From positions 93,573 through 157,572 of the IMG/VR virus record IMGVR_UViG_3300044731_001604: a stretch of 64,000 nt of DNA; one strand, written 5' to 3'. Origin of the DNA: a virus. How positions within the stretch are numbered: position 1 is the first letter of the stretch; each line of letters begins with the position of its first letter. This document shows positions 19,021 through 29,313 of the stretch, piece after piece. A program made the translations under genes and the position numbers. Below the pieces are notes generated by a model. It saw only the letters and a program-made list of their open reading frames with translations, did not search any database and had not been told where the DNA came from.

Positions 19021-19428
19021 TCAATTTTTCAATTTGAGGGAGCCAACACACAAACCTTCTGGTTGTGACCCAAAGATCACATAGGATGGCGCATTGCTTG
19101 ATTTATTTAACGAAGCTTCAACAGGTAATAGGCCCCTTCTTTTTGCCCATTCCATCGCTTTTTGTTTTACTTTTTCGTCTGTGTTTTTTCCGAAATCTAA
19201 TCTTACTGATTTGTTTTCGTAAACACTTGCAAGTATTTCATTTTTCTTAAGAGAATTACGCTCTTCCAAGCTTTTTGCGACATTTGATACGGCAACTTTG
19301 GTTCTTTTAACACCAAATTTTTTATACCAAGACTGTAAGCGATACGCCAACTTAGGTGGAAGTTTTTTCTCTAAACTTTCCTCTGTTAGCATTTCAGTTA
19401 ATTCTACCGATAACTCATCAATTGTCAT
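19021..19428 (-). CDS. Hypothetical head-associated protein
   Basis: 135 aa; NVAK|S, SLKK|N and SLNK|S motifs. Confidence 0.5.
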   Translation of the reverse strand: MTIDELSVELTEMLTEESLEKKLPPKLAYRLQSWYKKFGVKRTKVAVSNVAKSLEERNSLKKNEILASVYENKSVRLDFGKNTDEKVKQKAMEWAKRRGLLPVEASLNKSSNAPSYVIFGSQPEGLCVGSLKLKN

Positions 19429-19439
19429 AAAATCCTCTA

Positions 19440-22400
19440 CTATTCTTTTAGTTTAGGCTTTCTTGGCTTTTTTACTTTTGCAGTTTTTTCTTTAGCTTGA
19501 ACTGGCTCATCAGTTAAGCTTAAGGCCCAGCAATGAGTAGGCAGTCCTTTTTTTCTTGTTTCATTTAATGTATCTACACTTTTATGAGGATAGTCTGTAT
19601 AATCTACTTTTGTAAATCCATATTTTTGTGCTGTACCATCGTAAATATCTGTAATTCTTGGGTTAATAAAATCTTTATTATATTCTCTTAATTGGCCATT
19701 TACCATAGATCCGCCAGACATGTGGCTTCTAATTCCTGCTCCGTGCATATAAAGAGTTTTAACTCCTTGTGCTTTTGCGTTTTCTATAACTGTATTCATA
19801 CCAGCTTTTGACCATTCACCTAGTTGAGCATCAATCTTTTTGATATAATCTTTTATTTCTTTTGGAGAAAGTTTGTGACCATCAATTTCTAATCCATTAG
19901 GAGAGTTAGCCAAGATAGTTCTAATATTTTTTCTAAACTTTTGCGCAAAATCAGATTGAAATTCTTCTATAATCCAACCATCTTTATTAGAACTTGTATC
20001 AACTCTTGACCAAGCTACCATTTGTGGCGTAGTTGGGTGCAGCCCAATAGATGATTCTCTAATACCATTAGTTTCTTTTAAAACCATTTGATATAATGCC
20101 CACAATTTTGGATCTTGAGACATTTCTTTTTCAGACTTTTCGGAATTGTTTAATTGAAAAACTAATGATGGCTTATTTGCATGTTGTTGTAACTTTAAAT
20201 CAAAAATAGAATACGTCATGTGGTATTCTTTTGCCTTATCTTGTATCTCTGCTGATTGCATAGCATTTACAAAATCTTCTGGCACAACTGGTTTATTGTT
20301 TTTTGACATAAAAATATTTTTAATAACTTTGTTGTTTTCTAGTTCTGGGTTCATTTTTTTGAAATCTGCCCACATGATACCATCTGCAGGTACTTTATTC
20401 ATTGTATTTTGTAATACATCGACATCTTTATCATGAACCGACACAGATTTAACTAATTTTTCTTCGCTTATTGTTTTTTTAAATTCTGACGGTAAAGCTG
20501 GCGCGAACTTTCTCATTAAATATCCGCCCCAAGTTGGATTTGCAAATGCTGGATGATACTGTCTACTTGGCAAGAATACTACTTGTTTATCATTTGAAGT
20601 CTCTTCGTATAATCTTTCTACAGACTCTTTTGATAAATTTGGATGTTTTAACAATACCATTGCTAAACTACTTGATTCTTGTTTATTAAGATTGTTATAT
20701 CCACTTTTATGATTCTCTATTAAAATATTTGATATTTTATCTAATGAGGATACATCAGTTCTATAATTTCTTAATAACTTGTCAACAATTTCTGTTGATT
20801 TTAAATCTTTTTCCCAATTATTAACAATTTCATTTGAGTGTTTTTTGTCTATAAATAAAGACGATGCGTATACTTCGTCTACGCCACGCTCTTTTACGTA
20901 CGAGTCGGCCAGGTCTTGGCCGCCAACACCATATTGTAATGCTATTGCTTGCGTATTGTATTTTTGAGCATGATCAAGATCTTGAACTAGATCTTGAAAT
21001 TCACTATAAGATACTTTATCTCCAAGGGCTTTAAACGGTGCTGACAAATCTGGTGGAGTTACATCTGGATCTGTAAAAACGTTAACAACTTTAGACAGTA
21101 CACCTTTTCCGTATTTATCTAATGTGTTATCGTCCATTCTTCCAATCATTTTGACGGCAGAGTGTACGGCTGATTGCGGATCAGCTTCATAAGCTTTTTC
21201 AAATGAATAAGCTCCTAATACATTAGAGTTTAATTCTTGAACGCCATCTAAACAGAAGTTAAACTCTGGATGTTTTTCAAAATGTATTTGCCAATCTGAT
21301 AACTGAGCGTCTTTTGCTCTGTTAATTAACTTTTTGTAATCTCTTATGTCTACTGGATATGAAAGACTTATATCATATCCACCTTGTTTTGACATACTGA
21401 TTATATTGCTTATATGGTTTAAATCTTCATTGCTTATGTCTAAGCTTGAATAAGTAACATCTCTTAGCACTTCGCTTGCGATTTCTGCATTTTTTTTGAC
21501 ATCTTCTGGTTTGCTATTTTTTAAAATAGTGCCTAAATGTTTGTCTAAGCTTTCGTATACTTTGCTATATGTTTGTAATTTACTTTTAACATCAGTAGAG
21601 CTTTCGTCAAAGAAAGTTCCGCCAACAAATTTAGCTAGTGGTGTTAAATGTTTTTTAATTTCGGATAAATGTGACTCGCTAAGATATTCGCTTCCAAAGT
21701 ACGGAGATCCTTCGTCTTGTGGTACCATTAGCTTGTCTAATTCATCAATTTTAGATTCTACAAGCTGATGTAACGCTGTACTTAATGAATTTAATTTTTC
21801 TTTAATACCTGATTTAGATAAAGAGAATATAACGCCTATTTGAGCAGAGTACACGTTGTGTGGTATTGACCTTCCAAGTTTTGCTAGAGACTCTGGGGAA
21901 ACAACTGGGTTCGTAGATAAATCACCAAATGCAGTTATTCTGTCACTTTCATTTATTTCATTATCTAAAAATAATCTATTAGTAACTACATCTATATTTT
22001 GTTTTGTCAATTTCCCAAAATTTTCTGAGTCAGACAGGAACTTTCTTAGCTTATGCCCTGTTATATTTTCCAAAATATCTGGATTGTTTGTATCTAAATT
22101 TCCATATTCGATATTATTAGCTATCTCTGGTGTATTTGGTAAATTTTTAAATATACTTGTCTTTTCTTCTTTAGGAATCTTTGAGTATAGCATTTTTGCT
22201 AGACTTTTATTAGCATATTCAGATGTAATAGGGTCTTCGCTAAGAGTGTGCTTTTTAAGAAAATTTGTAATACTTTGTAATTTTGACTGATCTTCAGTGT
22301 GCGCTTGAGAAAGTCTAGTAAAAAGGTTTTTTTGCTTGTCATAATCTTTATGTTGATCTATACTTTTTTGGGCTTCTTTATCTAAAGTATTAACGAAAGT

Positions 22401-25400
22401 TTCTGCTAATTTTTGATTAGAATCATCATGTCCTATGGAAGTAGCACCTGATAAAAGCGTACCAGATCCGAAAGATTCTGGGGACGTTTGTAACATATTA
22501 ATCAAATGTTTATTATATGTTGATGGTAGAATTTTTTTATCTATCATATCGTATAACAAATCTCCATTTTTATTTGAGATTGTGCTATCTACCATTTTTT
22601 TGGCCAAATCTTTTACTTGTTTTACTGGTCCTAAGCTTTCGTAAACTTTTTTAAAAAATCTATCTTTTAGGGCGTTAAGCCCTTCGTTCGACCAATTTTG
22701 TAAATTGTTAATTTTTTCAAACAATGGATTGATTAAATTTGGTAATATTTTTTTTGTGTTACTATCTAAATCAGTGTCAAATAGTTTAGTTATATAGAAT
22801 GCTTTATCATCATCTGCAACATGATCAAAAAAGTTTAACATATCGTTAGATACTTCTTCATGATCATTGTTAAATTTATGATTATAAAGATACATATCTG
22901 GTTGAAATTGGTTTACAGCAGCTTCAAAATCAGGTTGAGATAGGCTTTTACCTTTAACAGAATTAAGAATGTAATCCATTTTTTTAGAATGTTCTATTGA
23001 ATCTAATTTTTCCGTAAAGCTTTTTTTACTTTCTAATTCTGCTTTTTTCTCTTCAGATAACAAACCATCTTTTAGTAAAATCCGATTTAGTTCGTTTCCT
23101 TGTTCTGATCCACTAGAATCAACTAAATCATCAAATACTTTTCCAGCCTTATTAGCGACTCTTGTGGATGCTCTGCTATATAGTATGTCTTTCCATGTTT
23201 TTGTAATATAATCCTGTTTTTCTTGTGGATTTTCTATTTTATCTGCATGTGATTTAATAAAATCTTTTAAATTAGATACAACACCTTGAAGTTTATCTGC
23301 TCCAGAATGTTCATTTTCAAGCAAATGCTCTATTGCGGCAGTTGTTCCAATAGACTCTACTTTATCTTCTGGTACAATATTAAGGATATTTTTATGTTTT
23401 TTAAAATCTCGATCTAGACTTGATATTATACTATTAGATTTACTATCTTCTGAATTCTTAATTGTATCTTTTAAAATTGAGACATGAGATTTATTTGAGG
23501 GGCTCATACCGCTTATAACTGATTTTTCTAAATTCCCTAAAATATGTCTAGGTTTCATGTCTTCCGGAAGAAGATCGTTATAGTGACCAGATAGTATTTT
23601 TTTATTTTCTTCATGGTTGTTTAAATCGTGTGGATTAAAATAGTATTTTCCACCAGTTACTAAGTCATGTTTTTCTGGTGGAGTTAATTTATCCCAAAGC
23701 TCATTTTTTACTTTTTCTGGAGTATTTTTTGTCGCTATTATTAGCGGCGCAGCTCCTCCATTTGAGATTTCTAATAAATCGTTAATATTTTTTTCTTTTT
23801 CAGAATCGCTCATGTCTTCAAACTTATCTGAGAGCCAAGTTTGATTTTCGTTATTTTTTGATCCCCAGTCATGAGTATCAAGAACACCAGGATAGTCTTT
23901 AACTATTTTTTTAACAGTACCCATTGATGAATAGTCATTGTGTATTAATTTCCATGCGTCAGACGAATATTTATCTGGCATTCCATATTGATCATATATT
24001 TGTGTATTATTTTCTTTATTTGCTTTATCTGCATCATAAAGCTTGTCTAAGAAACTTGCCGATGTCCTAGATTTACTATCTAGTAGATCTTTAGTTAATC
24101 CTGGGTGTTGTAAAGCAAAATCCTCTGCTTTTTTATTGCCATTTGATATTAAGTCTTTTACTGATTGTTTTAAATCTAACTTGTGTTCCTGTGAAGAATA
24201 GTACCCAGATCTTGGGTCATTTCCACTATATATGCTCATGTTTTTTGGATGAGACTCAGAAAACATTTGTAAAAGATCATCCGTATTTGAATCTCTTTCA
24301 TCTTGTGATAGTTCTGGGCTTTTAATTAAATCAAGTTTATTTTGAACAACATCACTTAAGCTTTGCTTGCTTTTTTTGGAAATTTCTTCTAGATCTGTTC
24401 CTTTAAGCTTTTCATGCATGGTTCTTAGAGATAGGTGCTTATCTTCTGGCGACATTTTGTCCCAAGCTTCCATAGCCTTACTATCTTTCCACATGTCATG
24501 TAGATTTCTTTTTCCTTGCTTAAATTCATTTGTATATATATCATGTCCAGCTAGTGGGTGCTGTTTGGCTGCTTCGTATACATCTAAAGCTTTTCTTTTT
24601 AATGCAGTGTCAACTACATCTTTATTAACATTTTTATGTTTCAATGCATCTATTGCGATATTTTTACTTTTATGATTAACAATTTCTTTTAAAACATCGG
24701 GTGGTAAATTTTTATAGCCAAGCATTTTTCTTGCTGCGTCGGTATCTTTACTGCTTAAATCCCAAGCTTTTTTAATTGAATCTGGATTCGTATTTTTATG
24801 ACCTAAGAATTCTTTGTGGCCATTAGACACCAGTTTATCTATTTGGTCTGGCGATAAATTTTCATTAAGATTTAGGGCCTCTTTTTCGTGCCAATCTAAT
24901 TCTGGTTTTTCTACTACGGAGCTTAAAACTTCATTTGGCAAATTTGAATGCCCTAATGCGTGTCTCAATAAGCTTCTTTTATTATGATCTGATTCTTCTG
25001 AATTATAAGTCTTAACAATTTTTCCTAAAAGCGTCGGATCGGCATTTTTATGGGAAACAATGGAGCTAATCGTGTTTGGATAATCTTTTGATGAACTTTC
25101 ATAAACATTGTGTAATCTATTTAATTGATCTTTTGATAAATCATTGTTACCTATAAAATCAGACACAAGATCATCAGAATCAATTGTGCTAGACGGATTA
25201 GTTGGGGCGTTAAATCCATATATTGGGCCCTTTTCAAAAATTTTTACGCCTCTTTCAATTGAATCAGGTGTGTGATGCTTTGTTGTTGCATAACCAAGAC
25301 GAACTATTTCATCTTCGTTGTCTGTTTTTGCATTAGGCTCATCTTCTGTGTGATTTTTTCTATTGTTTAATAAATTTTCGTAGAACTCTGGCGTTAAATT

Positions 25401-25790
25401 TTTAACAGGTGGTCTTGATCCGTATGTTTCATTAATATATTTATTGGCTCTATCTTCAAGAACTTTTGTGTCAACATTTGGGTGTACGCTTGCCCCTTTT
25501 GACCTGTAAGCTGTATCGTTCATAGCAATATGGTTAACTACATCTGACGGTGTATTTGGATTATTAAGCATGCCATCAACAATTGAGTTGATCTCATGTT
25601 CTCCTACTTTTGGAGCAATATGGTTATATAATTTAGAGATAGACTCTTTTGGCGCATTCGCATGTTCTGCAATATCAGACATAAAAGCATGATCGTATAT
25701 GGTTTTATCCTCATGCGGAGTATTAATATAATTTTCAACATGAGAATTTAGAACATCTGATGGCGTATCTGTAGTTAATTCTTTGCTCAT
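19440..25790 (-). CDS. Giant (2116 aa) putative internal virion protein: N-terminal LRV-like helical repeats and a C-terminal EExQSD domain
   Basis: Repeated NPNTP/HPNVD/HKNAD/HSNLP/HKNTN/YKNLP/HKNVN units. C-terminus has HP...VAWSRVD...WIIEEFQSDF...AKAQGVKTLYM...IYD...KYGF. Confidence 0.65.
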   Translation of the reverse strand: MSKELTTDTPSDVLNSHVENYINTPHEDKTIYDHAFMSDIAEHANAPKESISKLYNHIAPKVGEHEINSIVDGMLNNPNTPSDVVNHIAMNDTAYRSKGASVHPNVDTKVLEDRANKYINETYGSRPPVKNLTPEFYENLLNNRKNHTEDEPNAKTDNEDEIVRLGYATTKHHTPDSIERGVKIFEKGPIYGFNAPTNPSSTIDSDDLVSDFIGNNDLSKDQLNRLHNVYESSSKDYPNTISSIVSHKNADPTLLGKIVKTYNSEESDHNKRSLLRHALGHSNLPNEVLSSVVEKPELDWHEKEALNLNENLSPDQIDKLVSNGHKEFLGHKNTNPDSIKKAWDLSSKDTDAARKMLGYKNLPPDVLKEIVNHKSKNIAIDALKHKNVNKDVVDTALKRKALDVYEAAKQHPLAGHDIYTNEFKQGKRNLHDMWKDSKAMEAWDKMSPEDKHLSLRTMHEKLKGTDLEEISKKSKQSLSDVVQNKLDLIKSPELSQDERDSNTDDLLQMFSESHPKNMSIYSGNDPRSGYYSSQEHKLDLKQSVKDLISNGNKKAEDFALQHPGLTKDLLDSKSRTSASFLDKLYDADKANKENNTQIYDQYGMPDKYSSDAWKLIHNDYSSMGTVKKIVKDYPGVLDTHDWGSKNNENQTWLSDKFEDMSDSEKEKNINDLLEISNGGAAPLIIATKNTPEKVKNELWDKLTPPEKHDLVTGGKYYFNPHDLNNHEENKKILSGHYNDLLPEDMKPRHILGNLEKSVISGMSPSNKSHVSILKDTIKNSEDSKSNSIISSLDRDFKKHKNILNIVPEDKVESIGTTAAIEHLLENEHSGADKLQGVVSNLKDFIKSHADKIENPQEKQDYITKTWKDILYSRASTRVANKAGKVFDDLVDSSGSEQGNELNRILLKDGLLSEEKKAELESKKSFTEKLDSIEHSKKMDYILNSVKGKSLSQPDFEAAVNQFQPDMYLYNHKFNNDHEEVSNDMLNFFDHVADDDKAFYITKLFDTDLDSNTKKILPNLINPLFEKINNLQNWSNEGLNALKDRFFKKVYESLGPVKQVKDLAKKMVDSTISNKNGDLLYDMIDKKILPSTYNKHLINMLQTSPESFGSGTLLSGATSIGHDDSNQKLAETFVNTLDKEAQKSIDQHKDYDKQKNLFTRLSQAHTEDQSKLQSITNFLKKHTLSEDPITSEYANKSLAKMLYSKIPKEEKTSIFKNLPNTPEIANNIEYGNLDTNNPDILENITGHKLRKFLSDSENFGKLTKQNIDVVTNRLFLDNEINESDRITAFGDLSTNPVVSPESLAKLGRSIPHNVYSAQIGVIFSLSKSGIKEKLNSLSTALHQLVESKIDELDKLMVPQDEGSPYFGSEYLSESHLSEIKKHLTPLAKFVGGTFFDESSTDVKSKLQTYSKVYESLDKHLGTILKNSKPEDVKKNAEIASEVLRDVTYSSLDISNEDLNHISNIISMSKQGGYDISLSYPVDIRDYKKLINRAKDAQLSDWQIHFEKHPEFNFCLDGVQELNSNVLGAYSFEKAYEADPQSAVHSAVKMIGRMDDNTLDKYGKGVLSKVVNVFTDPDVTPPDLSAPFKALGDKVSYSEFQDLVQDLDHAQKYNTQAIALQYGVGGQDLADSYVKERGVDEVYASSLFIDKKHSNEIVNNWEKDLKSTEIVDKLLRNYRTDVSSLDKISNILIENHKSGYNNLNKQESSSLAMVLLKHPNLSKESVERLYEETSNDKQVVFLPSRQYHPAFANPTWGGYLMRKFAPALPSEFKKTISEEKLVKSVSVHDKDVDVLQNTMNKVPADGIMWADFKKMNPELENNKVIKNIFMSKNNKPVVPEDFVNAMQSAEIQDKAKEYHMTYSIFDLKLQQHANKPSLVFQLNNSEKSEKEMSQDPKLWALYQMVLKETNGIRESSIGLHPTTPQMVAWSRVDTSSNKDGWIIEEFQSDFAQKFRKNIRTILANSPNGLEIDGHKLSPKEIKDYIKKIDAQLGEWSKAGMNTVIENAKAQGVKTLYMHGAGIRSHMSGGSMVNGQLREYNKDFINPRITDIYDGTAQKYGFTKVDYTDYPHKSVDTLNETRKKGLPTHCWALSLTDEPVQAKEKTAKVKKPRKPKLKE

Positions 25791-26452
25791 ACTCTACTCC
25801 CCTTTTTAAGATTATCAGCGGCCCACAGCGGTTGTAAATTAGTATAATGACACAATTTAATCATATCTTCTGGTGTTTTTGCCGAGCTTAATGGAACAAT
25901 GTGATCTACATGCCAACCATTACTTGACCAATTTTCCCAAGTCATACCTGGTTGAAATTTTGACTCTAAATAATTTTTTAAAAAATCACTAGTACATCCA
26001 ATATCTTTTATTGCTGATCCAATTTTTTTATATCCAGTTGCCTTTAAAAAATTATTAAGTCTTGCCCTTAGAGTTTTTGCTAATCTATACATAATATCTT
26101 TTTCTTTTCTAATTCTATGTATCTCTCTGCGTCTTTCAAGAACTTTTGGATGATTCTGCTTTAATTTTCTAAGTATTGGATTTTCTCTATCTCTCTTTTT
26201 TTTATTTTTTTCTCTAGACAGTTTAGGATTTTCCCAATACCTATCTCTGTATCTTTTTCTTTCTGACTCTAAATTTTTAAGTCTCCAAATTCTTGAATAT
26301 TCTCTAGCTTTTTCTCTGTTATTTGAATTTTTCAAATTTTGTCTTAAATTAATACACTTTTTACACTGAGAAACGCGGCCACTTTTTTTATGTTTGTCCT
26401 TAGAAAACTCACTTTCATTTTTTTCAATTTTACACTTGGTACAAGTCTTCAT
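25787..26452 (-). mobile_element. Free-standing HNH homing endonuclease
   Basis: N-terminal CTKC/CKKC; C-terminal WHVDHIVPLS...HYTNLQPLWAADNLKKG. Confidence 0.85.
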
Positions 26453-27066
26453 TGGTCCAACCTAGATGGACTGGACCCATACTTCATTTTATATAAAATT
26501 CGTTTTACGTAGTTAGGAGATTCAGCGCCGCGATAATCCCCTGACTCAATTTCATAGTCATATTCTGGTGTGCTTAATTTCCCAGCTTCAATCGCTTGTT
26601 TTTGTTCTTTTCTAATGTTATCTAAAGCAGCTTTGGATATAAAGTTTTTTTCTTGTTTTCTTTCTGTAGGTTTAATAGACGGCATAATTGGGTAAGGTTG
26701 CGTTCCATCAGTTTTTCTAGTTACAGATATTTCTCCACGCTTAATTGCTGCAAATAACGCATCTTTTTCTTCTGGATCTAACATTTTACCATTTAAGATA
26801 CAAGTGTGCCCGTCAGAAGATATCTCAGCTACGTCACCGTTGCTTAAAATATATCTAAACATTGTTATGGAAGATTTGGTAGGTTCTTCCAAAGAAAGGT
26901 GGGACGATGCAGATACTTTTCTAGAAAGCTCTTTAAAAGAATTATTAGCCATTTTTGGCACAAAGCCATTAGAATTATCAACTATAAATTCAATCTGGTC
27001 TCCCTCAACTCTAATTTCAGCTAATGGTACTTTAGATTGCGTGGATTTTACTACATAGATTTTCAT
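26449..27066 (-). CDS. Hypothetical head-module protein
   Basis: 205 aa, coupled to the protease gene. Confidence 0.55.
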   Translation of the reverse strand: MKIYVVKSTQSKVPLAEIRVEGDQIEFIVDNSNGFVPKMANNSFKELSRKVSASSHLSLEEPTKSSITMFRYILSNGDVAEISSDGHTCILNGKMLDPEEKDALFAAIKRGEISVTRKTDGTQPYPIMPSIKPTERKQEKNFISKAALDNIRKEQKQAIEAGKLSTPEYDYEIESGDYRGAESPNYVKRILYKMKYGSSPSRLDQ

Positions 27067-28733
27067 TTGTCATCTCCTGGCAATAAAAGACTTTTTTGAT
27101 TAATTGTGTCACTTACAGCTTGGGCTCTGTCCCATGCGTTTTGCATAGTGATCGGTCTTTTAGAGTCTGCCTGATATGATTTTAACACACCTAGAGACTT
27201 TTGTATAGTTTTTTTATCAAAACCATGATGTTTCATGCGTAAAGCCAATACTTTAGGGTCAACGCTTTGAATCCATTTAGATGCTTCTGGGTGTATTGCT
27301 GAACTATCATTTTCTAAATAATCTGGCTTCATATACACATGGCTAAAAGCATAATCATTATCAATATTTAAAAGATGCCCGTCTGGATGAATTAAAACAT
27401 TACCAAGGTGTCTGTCGCTATTTTGAAGAACGTGGTCTAATATCGCTAATTTATGCAGACTTCCATCTTCCGTAGCTTTTTTATGCGCATTGTCCCAAGC
27501 TTCTTGGGACTCTAGTGGAGTTTTAGACCCCTTGATATACTCCACTGCTTGAGTTGAAAGCCCACCATGTACTTCTGGGTGCTTAATGGCTGCAGTTGTA
27601 GGAACATGTTTTTCCATGCCAAATACATTTCTTGCAATATCAGAATAGTGTGAGGCATTGTGATTTTGAGATTCCTGATTTTCGCCCATTGATAAACTGC
27701 TTGGGCCTTTTAAAAATACATCTTGCCCATTGTCGTTTCTTAAAATATGTAATTGTTTATCTGGACGGTATGAATCATGTCCAGGTGAGAATTTTTGCTT
27801 ATTATCAAAATACAAACCTTCAACCAAGTTTTTTTGATCATGATTTGCATTAATATGAGAATGAGTTTGATTAATTCTAGTTAACTTAGGCTCGCCTTTT
27901 TTTAGAGCAAGGTCTTCAGCAACATCAGCAAAGTGTTCTATATAAGTATCAGATATTTCAGGAAGAGCCGCCTTAAGAACTTCTTTAAGTGGTCTTTTTC
28001 TGTCCCAATCTCTAATTGCCGCTTTGATTTTATTCTTATTGGTTTTATTAACTATTTGTTCTCTAACTAAAGCTGCGCCGCCTGTAAGTTGTCCTGGTGC
28101 GACATTACCCATTCCGGCTTCTAGAGTTTTATTAAGCTCGTCAATAGCCTTTTTCATATCAGTAAAGTCTATTGCATCATCAGATAGAACGATTGAGTCG
28201 ATTGTTACTGTTGAAATTGATGAGCTTTCAAATTTTTTAACGATCTCTTCTGATTCTTTGTCAGTCATAACATCAATCCAGCATTGCTTATTACATGGAG
28301 TTAATGTGATCGCTACCTTTTTCATCATAGCTCTTTTAAGGATATTGCCATCTCGCTCAAGAGTCACGCCTTCGATTGAGGCTCCAACTTGGATTGGTTC
28401 TTTTTTATTATGAAAGTAACGAATCATTGCTGCAATTGCCAAAGCTCCATGGTGTTCTTCTTCATCAAAAAGCTCAAGTGCCCCATAGATAAACGGAACT
28501 TTTACTTGATCCCAGAATTTACGTTGACGATCAGTTTCACAATCGCCCTTTTTTAAAATTTTTTTTGCATATTTAAATACGCCAATTGCTGCAACTTCAG
28601 GAGAGTCGTTTTTGTGTTCAAAATTGGCAAACACTTGCCCTTTTTCAACAAGAGATATGTCTACGTTTTCAATTAATAGCGATTCGCCACTAGAATCAAT
28701 AGCTTGTGTCGCAATAGGCATGTCTATTATCAT
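27063..28733 (-). CDS. Prohead maturation protease fused to a C-terminal PI3/4-kinase-like domain
   Basis: N-terminal DSSGE, NFEH and GASIEG...KVAITLTPCN (HK97/Twort-type protease). C-terminal VFLKG...LDHVLQNSDRHLGNVLI...LNIDNDYAF. Confidence 0.8.
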   Translation of the reverse strand: MIIDMPIATQAIDSSGESLLIENVDISLVEKGQVFANFEHKNDSPEVAAIGVFKYAKKILKKGDCETDRQRKFWDQVKVPFIYGALELFDEEEHHGALAIAAMIRYFHNKKEPIQVGASIEGVTLERDGNILKRAMMKKVAITLTPCNKQCWIDVMTDKESEEIVKKFESSSISTVTIDSIVLSDDAIDFTDMKKAIDELNKTLEAGMGNVAPGQLTGGAALVREQIVNKTNKNKIKAAIRDWDRKRPLKEVLKAALPEISDTYIEHFADVAEDLALKKGEPKLTRINQTHSHINANHDQKNLVEGLYFDNKQKFSPGHDSYRPDKQLHILRNDNGQDVFLKGPSSLSMGENQESQNHNASHYSDIARNVFGMEKHVPTTAAIKHPEVHGGLSTQAVEYIKGSKTPLESQEAWDNAHKKATEDGSLHKLAILDHVLQNSDRHLGNVLIHPDGHLLNIDNDYAFSHVYMKPDYLENDSSAIHPEASKWIQSVDPKVLALRMKHHGFDKKTIQKSLGVLKSYQADSKRPITMQNAWDRAQAVSDTINQKSLLLPGDDK

Positions 28734-28811
28734 CTCAATCTCCTAGATACATATACCATAAAAAGGTTTTTTTATAAGTATTTGTATTACCTATAGATTA
28801 AGATTTTTATA

Positions 28812-28964
28812 TTAAATTGGGAGGGTAAAGTAAAACGATACTATTAAAAAGGCAAAAAGAGAAGTTAGTATTACAAGGTAATATTTTTCGTCTAAGAGTG
28901 GCGTAGAGAAGTATTCGTTACCGTCTTTATCTTTAAAGATATAGTCTTTTGTTTCAAATTCCAT
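28812..28964 (-). CDS. Small C-terminal-TM protein (50 aa)
   Basis: Below the ORF-track cutoff: MEFETKDYIFKDKDGNEYFSTPLLDEKYYLVILTSLFAFLIVSFYFTLPI. SD GGAGG; TTGATT-17-TAATAT upstream. Confidence 0.6.
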   Translation of the reverse strand: MEFETKDYIFKDKDGNEYFSTPLLDEKYYLVILTSLFAFLIVSFYFTLPI

Positions 28965-29014
28965 ACTAGCCTCCGATATAATAATATTACCTCAACTGGA
29001 GGCAAAAATCAATA

Positions 29015-29266
29015 TTATTTTAAATAATTATCAATTCGAGACTTTCCATACGTTAATACGAGATTTCGTAAATGTCTTTCAATATTATATGCTGCAGTGT
29101 ATCTATCTGATTTTAATATGTTTTCCATTTTATCATCATCTTTTTCTACTAAAGCATTGTAATAACTCTTAACAACGGAAAGAGGTACATCGTGACAAAT
29201 ATTGTCAATTTGAATAATAATTGCTTTATCTGGCGTTAAAAGACTATCATAAATTGATTTTGACAT
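29015..29266 (-). CDS. Hypothetical moron-like protein
   Basis: 83 aa, SD GGAGG, own sigma70 promoter. Confidence 0.6.
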   Translation of the reverse strand: MSKSIYDSLLTPDKAIIIQIDNICHDVPLSVVKSYYNALVEKDDDKMENILKSDRYTAAYNIERHLRNLVLTYGKSRIDNYLK

Positions 29267-29284
29267 TTTTCCTCCGTTTTAATG

Positions 29285-29313
29285 ATAATACCAGAGGTTT
29301 GTTTTAAAGTCAA
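29285..29313 (-). promoter_or_regulatory. Sigma70-type promoter
   Basis: TTGACT-17 nt-TATTAT with TGn extension. Confidence 0.65.

Noticed and set aside
19440-25790. Tape measure protein or virion RNA polymerase
   Set aside because: It lies in the head module, lacks the A/G-rich tape-measure composition, and shows no DxDGD or T7-like polymerase motifs.
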